Notes under the pieces: generated by a model | The model's database searches: none | What the model was told of the DNA's origin: nothing | What the model saw: only the letters and a program-made list of their open reading frames with translations | NCBI GenBank assembly: GCA_977862235.1 | Contig: OZ374561.1 | Span: 806,001 to 870,000, forward strand | From: Dudresnaya verticillata | Taxonomy: Eukaryota | Direction: 5' to 3' | DNA length: 64,000 bases | In this document: piece after piece, positions 21,868-32,222 of the stretch | How positions within the stretch are numbered: the first letter of the stretch is position 1 | Layout: the number at the start of each line of letters is the position of its first letter | Position numbers and translations under genes: made by a program

Positions 21868-22935
21868 ATGGCTGCCTGGAACAGCGATGCGTGCGCCGTC
21901 GTACCACCACAATTCTTCAAGTCCAGCCGCGACGTACAGGCTGTGACGGGGAAGGCCCAGTCACGCCTCGCCGTTTCCGCTGGGTTTGGCCGTACAAGCA
22001 TTACCTCTGGAGGGCTCTGGAAAGCAGACACAAGCTCTTCCGATGATGTATGTCCCTGAACTTGCTGCGAAAGATCGCGCGCCAGAGGCGGACGACCGCA
22101 ATGTGCCCGGCTTGAAAGCAGGGCTGTAGGTACTTGCGGCAGCGCCCGGGGTCAAGTTTGATTTACTTGCCAGTAGGGTCAATGACGTTCTATTGGGGGC
22201 GGCGCATGAGAAAGGATGCGTATCCCATGTCACTGTTGATAGCCAGCCCAAGCAAAGCAGAAGGACCTTCGTTGTTCCTTCGGTTATGAGTGTTGAGTTT
22301 TCAGCGCTTGTTATTGTGACTGAGCATCGTTGTCAAGGCTTTTTTGAGCAGTGTACGGGTGGCGATTGGTCACGTGTCGAGCAGAATAGGTCGTTTGAGT
22401 TTCGAAAGGCTGCTACGACTACTAGCAGTGACACGGGACTTGAATCGGAGTGTGGCGGAATGCAAGAGAGTTTTAGTACTATTCAGCCAGATACCAGCGC
22501 TTGCAAGATTCAGACGTTTAATCGGAGAGGCAAACCCGTTCCGCTACCTTCAAGCTCAAAGGTAGCAGCGTTTCGGAGCAAGTGATTGCGAAAAAGGGGA
22601 GGAGCCTCGGGGTTTGGCGCGATGGTAAGCTAGTTACATCTAGGCATAATTTCGTTAATGCCGCATGCTTTGGTATCCGTTTGCTTCATAAGGCAGCAGT
22701 CGATTTGTACGTGCGAGAGTGGTCTTGGATGTGGTCTAGGCGCTTGATTGCCGACGACGGAAATCCGTGCATGTATGAGCAGTACAAGAAACTACTGGAA
22801 AAGGCCAACCCGACGGATGCATCACGACGTGTGCCGTCACAAGCGCCAAAGAATGTGAAAGTCGAACCATAGGCAGACGAGGATGGAACAAATGGCGGAC
22901 GAATTCTTCCGAGAGGGGTGGTTGACTTGACGTGA
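21868..22935 (+). pseudogene. Pseudogene of the VIDLT family (copy C)
   Basis: Homologous fragments in different frames (MAAWNSDACAVVP; PLGLAV; FEFRKA; VREWSWMWSRRLIADD; VVDLT-TGA). Frameshifts near 21960 and ~22540; in-frame TAG at 22127-22129 and 22870-22872. Confidence 0.85.
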
Positions 22936-23788
22936 TATGGTGCTGCCACTGGGGTAAGCTGCTCTGACAGTTTGGCTCTGGCAATTGGTCTTGAGCCTCT
23001 TGCTAGGCCCTTTGGGATAAACACGTTGGTTTAGCTTTGTAACATTTTGGACGACGCGCATTGTTGTGCTTTCGCAAACGTGTTCTCGTTTTATCTAGCG
23101 GAGAGGGCAGACACTGGCGCAGTCCGCCCGCTCTGTACGTTTCCAATGCTACAAGCTGTCACAACTGTGCCCTTCGGAGGATAGGTTTTGCAAGCCCTTC
23201 ATGCCGTGCCAGCCGGTTCGCATGGGCACTGCACAAAGTGAGACGCCTATGTGCTCTTGGAATTTGTGTTGGAAGGGACAGAAACGGCCGTTTGAACAAA
23301 ACCCTTGCGAACGACAGTGCTTTGCTCGCTGATCAAAATCTGCGCCGTTGATCTGCGCCGGGATCAACGAAAATGGTAGCATTTGACTCGATACACTTGC
23401 ACGCGTCAAAATACCGCGCGAAACAACAAATCTGTATCGATGTGTCGCCTTCTTCTGTGCGCTGGCTCTCGACCAGGCCGACCCCGGCAGTCTCTAGCAC
23501 CACCACCAGCTCCGGGTTGTGCCACTCAAAACAGAAGCGGCCACCAGCACAACGCCATCTGCCGACTTATCAGCGCGTGAGGAGTAACCTGTTTACTCCC
23601 CCAAGCTGTTCTGTGTATGGCCTATGCTTTCTTGCGGGTCCGGGAATATTGAGGCGTAATCAGTCGCCCCTGCTTCGCCCCCTACCTAGGCTAGGCTCTA
23701 GTGCTTGCCCTTTCTTTGTACTGGCCTTTGTGCATACCGCGTGACATACCGTGTGGTGCCGCGGTGTGCCCTTTTGCCCTCCCCCTTC

Positions 23789-24835
23789 ATGAAGGGTAAC
23801 TGGAACTATGACCCTCGTGCAGTCGTCCCACCAGAGCACATGCGTGATTCGACGGACGTTCTCAGACCCTCCGGAAAAGAGGCGATGGTCTCTCCATTCC
23901 CGTTCGGACTAGGCGTTTATGCGTTTCCTGAAGGCGTAGGTGGGAAGCCGGTTGCACTGCCACTTTACTATGTCTCTAAGACTGTTGAACGAGACCGTTC
24001 CCCATCTGTAAATCCCGACAATCCCGACGGAGTGCGCGCTGGCTGGTATGTCGTTGCAAAGCCGTCCCAGCGATTTGAAGTACGTGTCTCGAGAGTCAGC
24101 TCCAAATGTACAGGGTACAAGCAATGCTTGGACGGCATTTTCCAGACAAACCTCATAGTTGATGGGGAATACACAAAGGAGTGGTACCTCTTTGGCATGT
24201 ATGCCGGGGGCAAGATGTTTTTGGATAGGGAGTTTGCGTTCCAAGGCTATATCGAAAAGGAGGTGGAAAGAGAGGGCTCCTTTACGCTTGAGCAAGACAT
24301 GCGTCATTTTTGCTTCCACAAGGCTGTCTCCAAGGACCTTGATGGCGAAGACTGCGACAAGGTCGGGACGATTGAACTAGAAGTGAAGATTGGGAAGAAG
24401 GTAAGGAGGTCAACAAGGAACAGAACAGAGCGATACCGCAGAAAGGGGAAGTCGGAAATCAGTGCAAAATCCATTGCAAAGCATGGCAAATCCTTGGGTG
24501 TATACGGACTATCGAGGACGGTCAGCCAAACTGTATCGCTGTGTGCACATGGTATGGCTGACAGATGCACTATGCCGGAAGCAAGCGTTGTTATTTTCGT
24601 TCGGGAAGCTTCGTGGATGCGGTCACGCAGGCTACTAGATGACAACAGCAACCCCTGCAGTTACGCCAAGTATTTGCGACTGCTGAAGCATGATCGATCC
24701 GTGGGGAAGCAAGAACAGGCTGTTGCCAGCAATGCCGCATCTTCCTCAGAAGTCAAGAGCAAGATGGAAGTGGAAGTTATAGAGCTGGAAGAGAAGCCGG
24801 CTACGTCGCGGGCTGGCGTGATAGATTTGACATAA
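23789..24835 (+). CDS. Uncharacterised ~350-aa family with C-terminal VIDLT motif (copy D)
   Basis: MKGNWNYDPRAVVP...SPFPFGLGVYA...GVRAGWYVVA...FCFHKA...VREASWMRSRRLLDD...VIDLT. Confidence 0.85.
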   Translation: MKGNWNYDPRAVVPPEHMRDSTDVLRPSGKEAMVSPFPFGLGVYAFPEGVGGKPVALPLYYVSKTVERDRSPSVNPDNPDGVRAGWYVVAKPSQRFEVRVSRVSSKCTGYKQCLDGIFQTNLIVDGEYTKEWYLFGMYAGGKMFLDREFAFQGYIEKEVEREGSFTLEQDMRHFCFHKAVSKDLDGEDCDKVGTIELEVKIGKKVRRSTRNRTERYRRKGKSEISAKSIAKHGKSLGVYGLSRTVSQTVSLCAHGMADRCTMPEASVVIFVREASWMRSRRLLDDNSNPCSYAKYLRLLKHDRSVGKQEQAVASNAASSSEVKSKMEVEVIELEEKPATSRAGVIDLT

Positions 24836-25392
24836 GTCTGGAAGAAGTAGGTATCACAGTCGCGCGCGCGCACGAATGTACATGGGTGAAACCAAGCCGG
24901 CTCTCGAAAGCGTTTTTGCTATGCCGGCGATACACCTCACCCAACAGTGTATCAGTTGATCATACAGCAGCGCTTCACGACCATTTCAGCCAGATCATGA
25001 CTCGGTAGGCCTTTGTGGAATACCGTAGGAGGCACAACGGCAGATGACTTTCATTCCAAAGAAGTTACCCGCACTTGGGCATCTGACTGCATGTACTGTA
25101 CTTTCGAGTGCTACTGACAGTCAGGGGCAAAGGGCAGTCACGAGGATGCTATCCCATTTCCACATCGTTCCATGGACCTCTTTCCTTCATGGAGCAAGAA
25201 GAAGATGCTCACGCTTTCGAACACCTGCATTGCTATATCTTGGACCAGGGTACGTGCGGACGATCGCCATGCTTGGTCCTGAGTTGACCCGAGTTGGCCC
25301 GGTTGATTTACTTCTCCTCTAATCACGGGCAGAACCGTGTAAGGAGAAAGCCAATGGTGCTTGGTACCCAAGCAGTTAACCCAGTGGCGCAG

Positions 25393-26421
25393 TCATGTCA
25401 AGTCAACTACTGTGGGACTTGAGGGATGGGCATTGGGAGACTCGCCTCCTTCTGGTTCTTCGACCAAGTTAACAGTAGTAGGCTGCAGTTTGATCTTCTT
25501 GATTTCTCTCTTGACATGCGAAGCTGGCGATCTTGCGTTGTCCTTTTTCAGCAAGCTGCGGAACATCTCGGCGTCAACGGCACGGCCTTCGTCGTCTACA
25601 ATGCGGCGGGATCTTAGCCACGAAAGTTCCCTGACAAATATCTCAACCCCTGCCTCCGGCACATGTCGCTTCTCCTTCGCAGTCCAGGTGCTCAATGAGC
25701 AAGATTCTCCCACCGAAGCACCGTTCGTTGCAAGGCGCAGGCTCTTGCCCTGTTTGACGGCTGTCTTCTCGCTGACATCCTTCTCGGCGGGTATGTCATA
25801 CTTCTGTGTGCGCATGGTATGGGAAGAATCCCTGGGGACCGGCTCGCCAACGTATACGCGCAGGCGTACAGTGCCGACATCATCGGCCGGGTCGTCAGCA
25901 GCATCTTCCGCGGCGCCGGCCTTGCGGAAGACGAAGGGGCGAAAGTAACGGTGGTAGTCGAAATGGTCGCCCTTGAGGTCGCGATGGACAAAGCCGGGCT
26001 CCCGGTAGTCCTGGCGGGGGTCGCACCGGCAGAAGACCTTGTAGCTGTGCGTGGAGGCACCGTCGACGTAGAGCGAGGTGCTCATGTACTCCTCGGCGGG
26101 CTTTCCGGGGATGGCGTCATTGACGCGGGTGATGTGGACGCGGAATGGGTCGTTGGCACGGGCCACGACATACCAGCCGGGGCGGACGCCCGGCGGGTTC
26201 TGGCGGTGGGCACTCGGGGCGCGGGCTTCTGCCGCGGGCGGGGACACATAGAACAGCGACAGGGCGATGGTGGGCTTGTCGGGCGGGGTGGCGTACAGCC
26301 CCAGGCCCAGCGGGAACGGGGACTCCGCGGCAGTGGCCGGGGTGGCTGGGAGGATGTCCAGCGAGGCTTGCATGGCGGCAGACGGGACGGTGGCGCGGGG
26401 TTTGCTGTCCCACTTGGGCAT
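25393..26421 (-). CDS. Uncharacterised ~350-aa family with C-terminal VVDLT motif (copy E, inverted, GC-rich)
   Basis: MPKWDSKPRATVP...SPFPLGLGLYA...GVRPGWYVVA...FVFRKA...VSEK...VRELSWLRSRRIVDD...VKREIKKIK...VVDLT. Confidence 0.88.
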   Translation of the reverse strand: MPKWDSKPRATVPSAAMQASLDILPATPATAAESPFPLGLGLYATPPDKPTIALSLFYVSPPAAEARAPSAHRQNPPGVRPGWYVVARANDPFRVHITRVNDAIPGKPAEEYMSTSLYVDGASTHSYKVFCRCDPRQDYREPGFVHRDLKGDHFDYHRYFRPFVFRKAGAAEDAADDPADDVGTVRLRVYVGEPVPRDSSHTMRTQKYDIPAEKDVSEKTAVKQGKSLRLATNGASVGESCSLSTWTAKEKRHVPEAGVEIFVRELSWLRSRRIVDDEGRAVDAEMFRSLLKKDNARSPASHVKREIKKIKLQPTTVNLVEEPEGGESPNAHPSSPTVVDLT

Positions 26422-26788
26422 TTTCGGGGAAAGGGCAATCGCGCCTCGGCGTGAACAGGCGCGGGGAGAAGGGCGATAAGGACCGAGACGGGTCCGAGAG
26501 GAGGAGTGCAGCGCGCTTCCGTTTTGGCGGAAGGTAAAGTTCTGATGTTGGCGCTTGCCTCGTTGGTAGCCAGCAACGGCTGCAACGTGCGTGTGCCCTT
26601 CAAGTGCGCGCCTACAGTGGGTGGGATCAAGATGCAGCGTCGGCTAATCCGGATCCGCACCCGAAATAAGTTGCCGAGTGTTTTGCCGATCCCGACCGTC
26701 GTCCCCGTCAAGAGTCAAGCGCACGCCGGCAGCAACTCGCTTGATCCCTCCCCCCCCCGCAGAGCCAGCGCACCCCCGCCCAGCCGCA

Positions 26789-27502
26789 ATGTCGCTCCCG
26801 TCAGCCGCCCGCGCCAGCTCGGCCCTCCTGCGCCAAGCGCGCCCCTTCGCCCGCCTGTCGCGCCCTGTCACCACGTCCGTGGCCGCCACCCCCGCGCCGG
26901 GCACCGAGAAGCGCTACGTGCGCATCGCCGGCTCGTCGAGCTACGCCACGCGCAACGATCTGGAGCTCTTCCTGCAGTCGCACGGCGTCGACCCGGTCAC
27001 CACGCCGAGCCCCGGCGCGCCGGCCACGCACGACCTGGTGCAGGGCCAGTCCGACGTCTTCCAGAACCAGGCCATCTGGATCTACGACGCCGGGTCTGCC
27101 GACGCTGCTGCCCGCGTCGCCAACCGCGTCTCCGGCCGCACCTCCGGCATGAAGCTTGTGCGCGCCGCTGCTGTCGACCGCCGCGTCGTCGACGACATGA
27201 TCGCTGTCCCCGAACGCCGCGGCAAGACCTCGCTCCGCAAGAGGATGAACGCCATCAGGCCCGCCCCGGATGAGCGTGGAAGGTCCCTGTTGGTCACCAA
27301 CCTGCCCTATACCATGCCGGCGAGATTTTTGTGGGCCTTCTTTGCGTCATATGAGATTGTCAATATCAAGCATCTGAGGAGGTCTGGTGTCGCTTCCGTC
27401 GTTTTTACTACCGAGGAGGAGGCTTATCGCGCCATGAGGGAGCGATCCAACTTGCCCATTCACAACAGCAAGGCCCAGATTGGCATCAAGATGCACGAAT
27501 AG
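26789..27502 (+). CDS. RRM-domain RNA-binding protein, probably mitochondrial
   Basis: C-terminal RRM (SLLVTNLPY...FFASYEIVNIKHL...ASVVFTTEEEAYRAMRE) and a degenerate N-terminal RRM-like segment. Arg/Ser/Ala-rich presequence from ATG 26789. Confidence 0.75.
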   Translation: MSLPSAARASSALLRQARPFARLSRPVTTSVAATPAPGTEKRYVRIAGSSSYATRNDLELFLQSHGVDPVTTPSPGAPATHDLVQGQSDVFQNQAIWIYDAGSADAAARVANRVSGRTSGMKLVRAAAVDRRVVDDMIAVPERRGKTSLRKRMNAIRPAPDERGRSLLVTNLPYTMPARFLWAFFASYEIVNIKHLRRSGVASVVFTTEEEAYRAMRERSNLPIHNSKAQIGIKMHE

Positions 27503-27760
27503 ATACAGTCACCAAAGAGGCTCCACTTCGCTGCGAGGGACGGTTAGTTGTATGTACATTTGTATTTGAGCTAAGCATCGTGCTATCATTGCACAATCAT
27601 CCAGAACCAACACTTCCGACCCCATAGCATCCGTCGCGCACCTGTGTCACGAGCAGGAGCAGTAGCACTATGCAAAAAAGTGCTTCCTATTCGAGTAAAC
27701 TTTGGGTGGCTGAACAGCGGTATCAACTTCGAAACGACTTCTTCCATCCGCCAGGAGGCG

Positions 27761-28636
27761 TTACCGAATGGTTTCATACATCTGAAACTCTTTCGATGTA
27801 AATCGCGTTCCACTTCCCATTACCTGCTCTTTCGGTCCCAGTGCACGCACCATGCGAACATGTGAGTCACGCCCATTCTGATGATTCGCATGAATCATGA
27901 CCCGCACCATATGCGCCTTTGTCACCGTCAGGTCGCGCATGACCTCCAACTCGCCGTTGACACCCTTCTCCCTTTTCTTCATCATTTCTTCGAGCTGAGT
28001 CATCTTCTCCCTGCATTTCTCCTCCCGTCTTCTTGCTCGCCGAAAACGCTGTGCTTCCCGCGCCGCGAGTTCCTCCACGTTGTCCTCGTTACCTTCATTC
28101 TCGCTACTATCCTCGTCAGTAAAAGCGTCCATAACAGTAGGTGCGAGCCCTAGCGGAATACGAATCCACCCTTGCGGGGCATCTACGCTGCGCAGATGAC
28201 GTATCAAGCGCAAGTCATGCACGTTGCACCCGGCGTACACTGACAGGGATGAAGGGGTATAACTCTCGTCCGCTGCATAGTCCAGGTAAACCTGTACCTC
28301 TGCCACCTTCGCCTTGTACACGAAGTGCGCTGAGATGCTGTGTGGCTGTGGCCCGTCCGACTGCCAGTAGGTGTCCGGACGGCCATCCAGAATTTGCTCG
28401 ACACCATTGCCGGGCTTCGCAGTGCTGACTGTCCAGACCGCGATGTCCGTCAGGTCGCGAAGCTCCTCGCTTGCGTGTGGTGACTCCGGGGAATTTGACA
28501 TTGGTGAGGCGGGTGCAGCGGGGCTGGAAAAGTCGGCTGGTGTGCTTAGTCCTCGTAATGAGAGCTCCAGGTCTTGCAATGCGATCAGCGCGTCGTCATC
28601 ACCATCGTCTACCAGGAAGTCTTCCGCTCGAAGCAT
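27761..28636 (-). CDS. APC10: Anaphase-promoting complex subunit 10 (DOC1)
   Basis: AVWTVSTAKPGNGV, DTYWQSDGPQPH, DESYTPS, ANHQNGRDSHVR and the C-terminal IR tail (YETIR). First ATG at 28636. Confidence 0.95.
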   Translation of the reverse strand: MLRAEDFLVDDGDDDALIALQDLELSLRGLSTPADFSSPAAPASPMSNSPESPHASEELRDLTDIAVWTVSTAKPGNGVEQILDGRPDTYWQSDGPQPHSISAHFVYKAKVAEVQVYLDYAADESYTPSSLSVYAGCNVHDLRLIRHLRSVDAPQGWIRIPLGLAPTVMDAFTDEDSSENEGNEDNVEELAAREAQRFRRARRREEKCREKMTQLEEMMKKREKGVNGELEVMRDLTVTKAHMVRVMIHANHQNGRDSHVRMVRALGPKEQVMGSGTRFTSKEFQMYETIR

Positions 28637-29492
28637 CGTGTTGCGCGATAGTGCGGGAAAGCAGAGTTCATAAAAGCAGCGGCGAGCCTCACTCAGTTCA
28701 AACGGTCCCACGAGCGGACAACGTTAGCTCCCAGCCCTCACGCAACAACGGGTCGGCGGCAGCGAATTTTCGGAAGGAGATGTGAAGAAAAATGCAACGG
28801 AAAAAAGGCGGCAGTCGGAGCATATCCTTCAAAACTCGGTCCGTTTTGCAAGAGATGCCGTGCGAGAAAGCCTGGAAGAAAGTCTTCTATTGTTTCCCGC
28901 AAAAAGCCGGCATTTTACCGCCTGATCCGTTACCACCACGATATTGTGAAACGCTTTCCTGGGGCAGTACCTATCGACTCGACTGCGCGCGCCAAAAGGA
29001 GTTGGACGCCATGGGCCGGCCGCCATCACCAGACTTACTTGCCTCGGTCGGCTGAAGAGGCCCCCGCCGAAGTTCACTTCAAATTCAAATGGATTGGAGG
29101 GCGCGCGGCAAAACAGCCGACAATTTTTGCACTGGTTGCCCAACACCCTTCCCATTCTTAGCTCGCCGATGGTCATTCCTCCTGTTAACCATCTCTCTGC
29201 ACAAGACAGCACTGCTTCATCCCACCCTACATCCCTTTGCGCAATCTCCGTCTGAGCGTGGGGTCAGGGAAAGGTAGGGTACGCATGGTTTCTAGACAAG
29301 ATCATTTGAAACCCTCTGCTCGGACGGAAGTAACCTACTGCAGGCGCGCTTGGAAGTATTTTCTGCATACATTTACCGCATTTCATCTAGAGCGGGCATT
29401 CCCAGCCAGCCAGGCATCGTTTTCCATGTACAGACTATACACATAATAAGTTACAATAAATTCTACCAAAGACCTACGCCATAACGGATGCC

Positions 29493-31814
29493 CTAATAGG
29501 TATCGGGATCTATGTATGTATAAACAGAAGACATTCCAGAGTCAAGACGTTCTCGAAACCCTCTAGTCGTTGAGTTTGGTGCGCTACCAAGCGCTTCCTC
29601 AAGCCACACAGCATCTCCAGTTGCCGGAAGGGGTACTGGTGTCAGGCTTCTTGGAATTGATTCCCTCCTTTCAGGTGGGACTTCCATCTCCTCAGCACTC
29701 TTCGTAGGCGAGATTTGATCCTCTGCCGGCACAATCAAATCCTCTGCGCTCGTCGCAGGCGGAATGTCATCATCTCCTGCACCTCGGAACGACCTCCCTT
29801 GCAACACCTGTGCCGTACTATCACCACGAAGAGATCTTATCATTCTACCAAAATATGAGCTCCCCACACTTATGCGTCCGCTGACAACCTTGCTCATCGA
29901 TGATGCCCTCGTCTGCAAAACCTCTGCCGCCTTTCGTCCTCCAATAATCTCCAGAAGAAGCGCGCATATTCCCAGCAAACAGCTGTAAACAATCCAATGC
30001 ACCCAAATGAGTGTTGGTGCAACGATCATAAACAAGCCGAGCGTTATATTCACAGATCCAAGCACAAGCAAGACTAACCCCATTATCTGGTGGTAGTACC
30101 TGCATAGTTTGGGCACAAGACGTAGATTCACCAGCATTCCATCAGCCGCCGACGAGCCTGGAAGAGGCGAGCCACGGATTTGCGTCAATACGCCAATAAC
30201 AGCTATAACGGGCTGCACAGACGCAAGCGTAATCAATGCGATGCCCAAGTGTGCGTGCAGGAATGAGGCCGCCGTGTGACGTCGACCATATATCGCCAGT
30301 CCAACTCCCGCCCATGCCAAGACTAGCGCAGTTGTCTGAATTACCACGTGTGTCTTAAAATGTCGCGAACGACCGTTTGAATGTTTCTTGTACCTCGCAC
30401 TGAACGCCCCGATTACCATTAACACACCCCAGCTGAGGAACATCAGCATGCCGTGAACAAAAGGCCTCGTTGCATATCGTCCCCCTCCGTCGACCAACTC
30501 AGATATAAAGGAAGCATTAAAAGAAAGCTGTATTAGTGCGTTTGTGAAGTTTCCATCCTCGAACTGTCCACCAAACAGTAGAAAAAACTCGGTCGGCACG
30601 TCTGGTTCCGACTGTCCAATGGTTGCATTTCGCACGATACTGAGAGTACTGCCGCGTCGTCGCAGTAGAACCTCTTCGCGCCGGTCGGGTGGCCCAGCAT
30701 AAGAGACCTTCTCCGTGAGCCAGGTTCGTGCAGATGTCGAAAGCAGATGCACAACACCGCCATCAAATGCTGGGGCCGAAATGACATGATCTGTCGGAAG
30801 GTCCTCGCTATGTTGGGCTCCACTGTACAACACAGCAATAGCCTCACGGTTTGGATACACACCCTCGAATGAATTGGGTCCTTGCGCCATCGCTGCACCA
30901 ACTCGAGGGGGTGGGTCTCCCGGCATTGACTTCCAGGACACAGCGTCTGTCTCGGGCACAAACGATAATGCAGCAGCATCCCCAGCCCCATCCGCCGACG
31001 ATGTTCCGTTTCCGATGGTTTTTTCGGCTTCATACTTCAACAGCCAGGTAAGGCGGCTCGGGCAGATGCCACCGTGGCGCTCGCTGGCGTAGCAGCCCCC
31101 AAACACAACCAGGTCGCGCGACGCGGTAAACGTTGATGCTTGCATCCATGCCGGGTGCGGCGCGCGGGCTCCGTATTGGCCAACCGGTCCTCTTAACTTG
31201 CGCCAAGTCGCGCGATAAGGATCTGCGTGGTCAAAGGAGCATTTGTACGTATCGCTCAACGGACCATCTTCTCCTCGGCCATGGCTGATGATGAGGGCTG
31301 GAAGCGCCTGGCCGTTGGGTTTGGCAAAGCGCTCCAAAGAACCAACTGCTCCAAAGCGGGGCGCAGGCAAATGGCCATCGAGCGCGACCTCCCTCCAGGT
31401 GAAGTTGTCAAACTCCATGACCCACATGCGATTGGTGACAACACCATCGGCCGTGGTGCCCAGCGTGACGTACAAAAAAGGGACATTGAGACCGTCGACA
31501 AAGCGATAGCCACCGACGGCGCCCCACATGGGCGGCGGCGGGTCGCTCTTCGCGCGTGCCGGGGCGGCGAGCAGCTGCCATCGATTCTCGGCGACGATGT
31601 AGGCCCAGGTGTCGCTTTTCGCGCCTGCGGCGTCTCTGCCGCCGTGCACAACGACCAGAAAGCCGGTGCCGGACTGCAAGACGACAGTGAGGTGGTCCGC
31701 GCGCGGGGACGGGCCGAGGCCGGCGTCGACGGGCTCGACCGAGAAGCGCGACTGCGCGTGGGCTCGGAGTAGCAGCAGCGCCGCTAGCGCCAGCGCCGCT
31801 GCTCGGCAAGGCAT
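29493..31814 (-). CDS. Signal peptide + Kelch-repeat propeller + cytochrome b561 membrane domain
   Basis: MPCRAAALALAALLLLRAHA signal. Kelch blades (PSPRADH, VVHGG..SDTWAY, PAPRFG, LVVFGG, LLFGG). b561 with four His (HGMLMFLSWG, HVVIQ, HAHLG, HQIMG). Confidence 0.82.
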   Translation of the reverse strand: MPCRAAALALAALLLLRAHAQSRFSVEPVDAGLGPSPRADHLTVVLQSGTGFLVVVHGGRDAAGAKSDTWAYIVAENRWQLLAAPARAKSDPPPPMWGAVGGYRFVDGLNVPFLYVTLGTTADGVVTNRMWVMEFDNFTWREVALDGHLPAPRFGAVGSLERFAKPNGQALPALIISHGRGEDGPLSDTYKCSFDHADPYRATWRKLRGPVGQYGARAPHPAWMQASTFTASRDLVVFGGCYASERHGGICPSRLTWLLKYEAEKTIGNGTSSADGAGDAAALSFVPETDAVSWKSMPGDPPPRVGAAMAQGPNSFEGVYPNREAIAVLYSGAQHSEDLPTDHVISAPAFDGGVVHLLSTSARTWLTEKVSYAGPPDRREEVLLRRRGSTLSIVRNATIGQSEPDVPTEFFLLFGGQFEDGNFTNALIQLSFNASFISELVDGGGRYATRPFVHGMLMFLSWGVLMVIGAFSARYKKHSNGRSRHFKTHVVIQTTALVLAWAGVGLAIYGRRHTAASFLHAHLGIALITLASVQPVIAVIGVLTQIRGSPLPGSSAADGMLVNLRLVPKLCRYYHQIMGLVLLVLGSVNITLGLFMIVAPTLIWVHWIVYSCLLGICALLLEIIGGRKAAEVLQTRASSMSKVVSGRISVGSSYFGRMIRSLRGDSTAQVLQGRSFRGAGDDDIPPATSAEDLIVPAEDQISPTKSAEEMEVPPERRESIPRSLTPVPLPATGDAVWLEEALGSAPNSTTRGFRERLDSGMSSVYTYIDPDTY

Positions 31815-32222
31815 GGCGTGCGCGACCAGGCTGCGGGTCGGCGACAGAGTGGCAGGGTCTGTGTCGCACACAGGGCTCGGCGGGGCTTTCAACGTGGGTG
31901 GCGCCCGGCATCGTGGGGCGGCAGCACGGGACGGCGGCGAGGTGTGCTGGCGGGCGGCCTGGCTGTTCGCCTGCGTTTGCGGGGAATGTTGAGTTGCTAG
32001 CGGGCCCGGCTGCGACTTGGCTGGCGGCATTTCGGGAATGACATGGTCGAGGCGTGCGAGAAAGCAGTGTGCACGCCAGAAATAGAAGCTGCGGTCGTGG
32101 CACGCAGGCAAGCGATCAGGGAGCGATTAGATCCTTTCTATCTATCCATCGACACACAAGAAGGCTTCCGGCACGCTCGCGCAACTTTGTACGCGCTTTA
32201 CCTGTGTTCTACTTGCGCTGGT

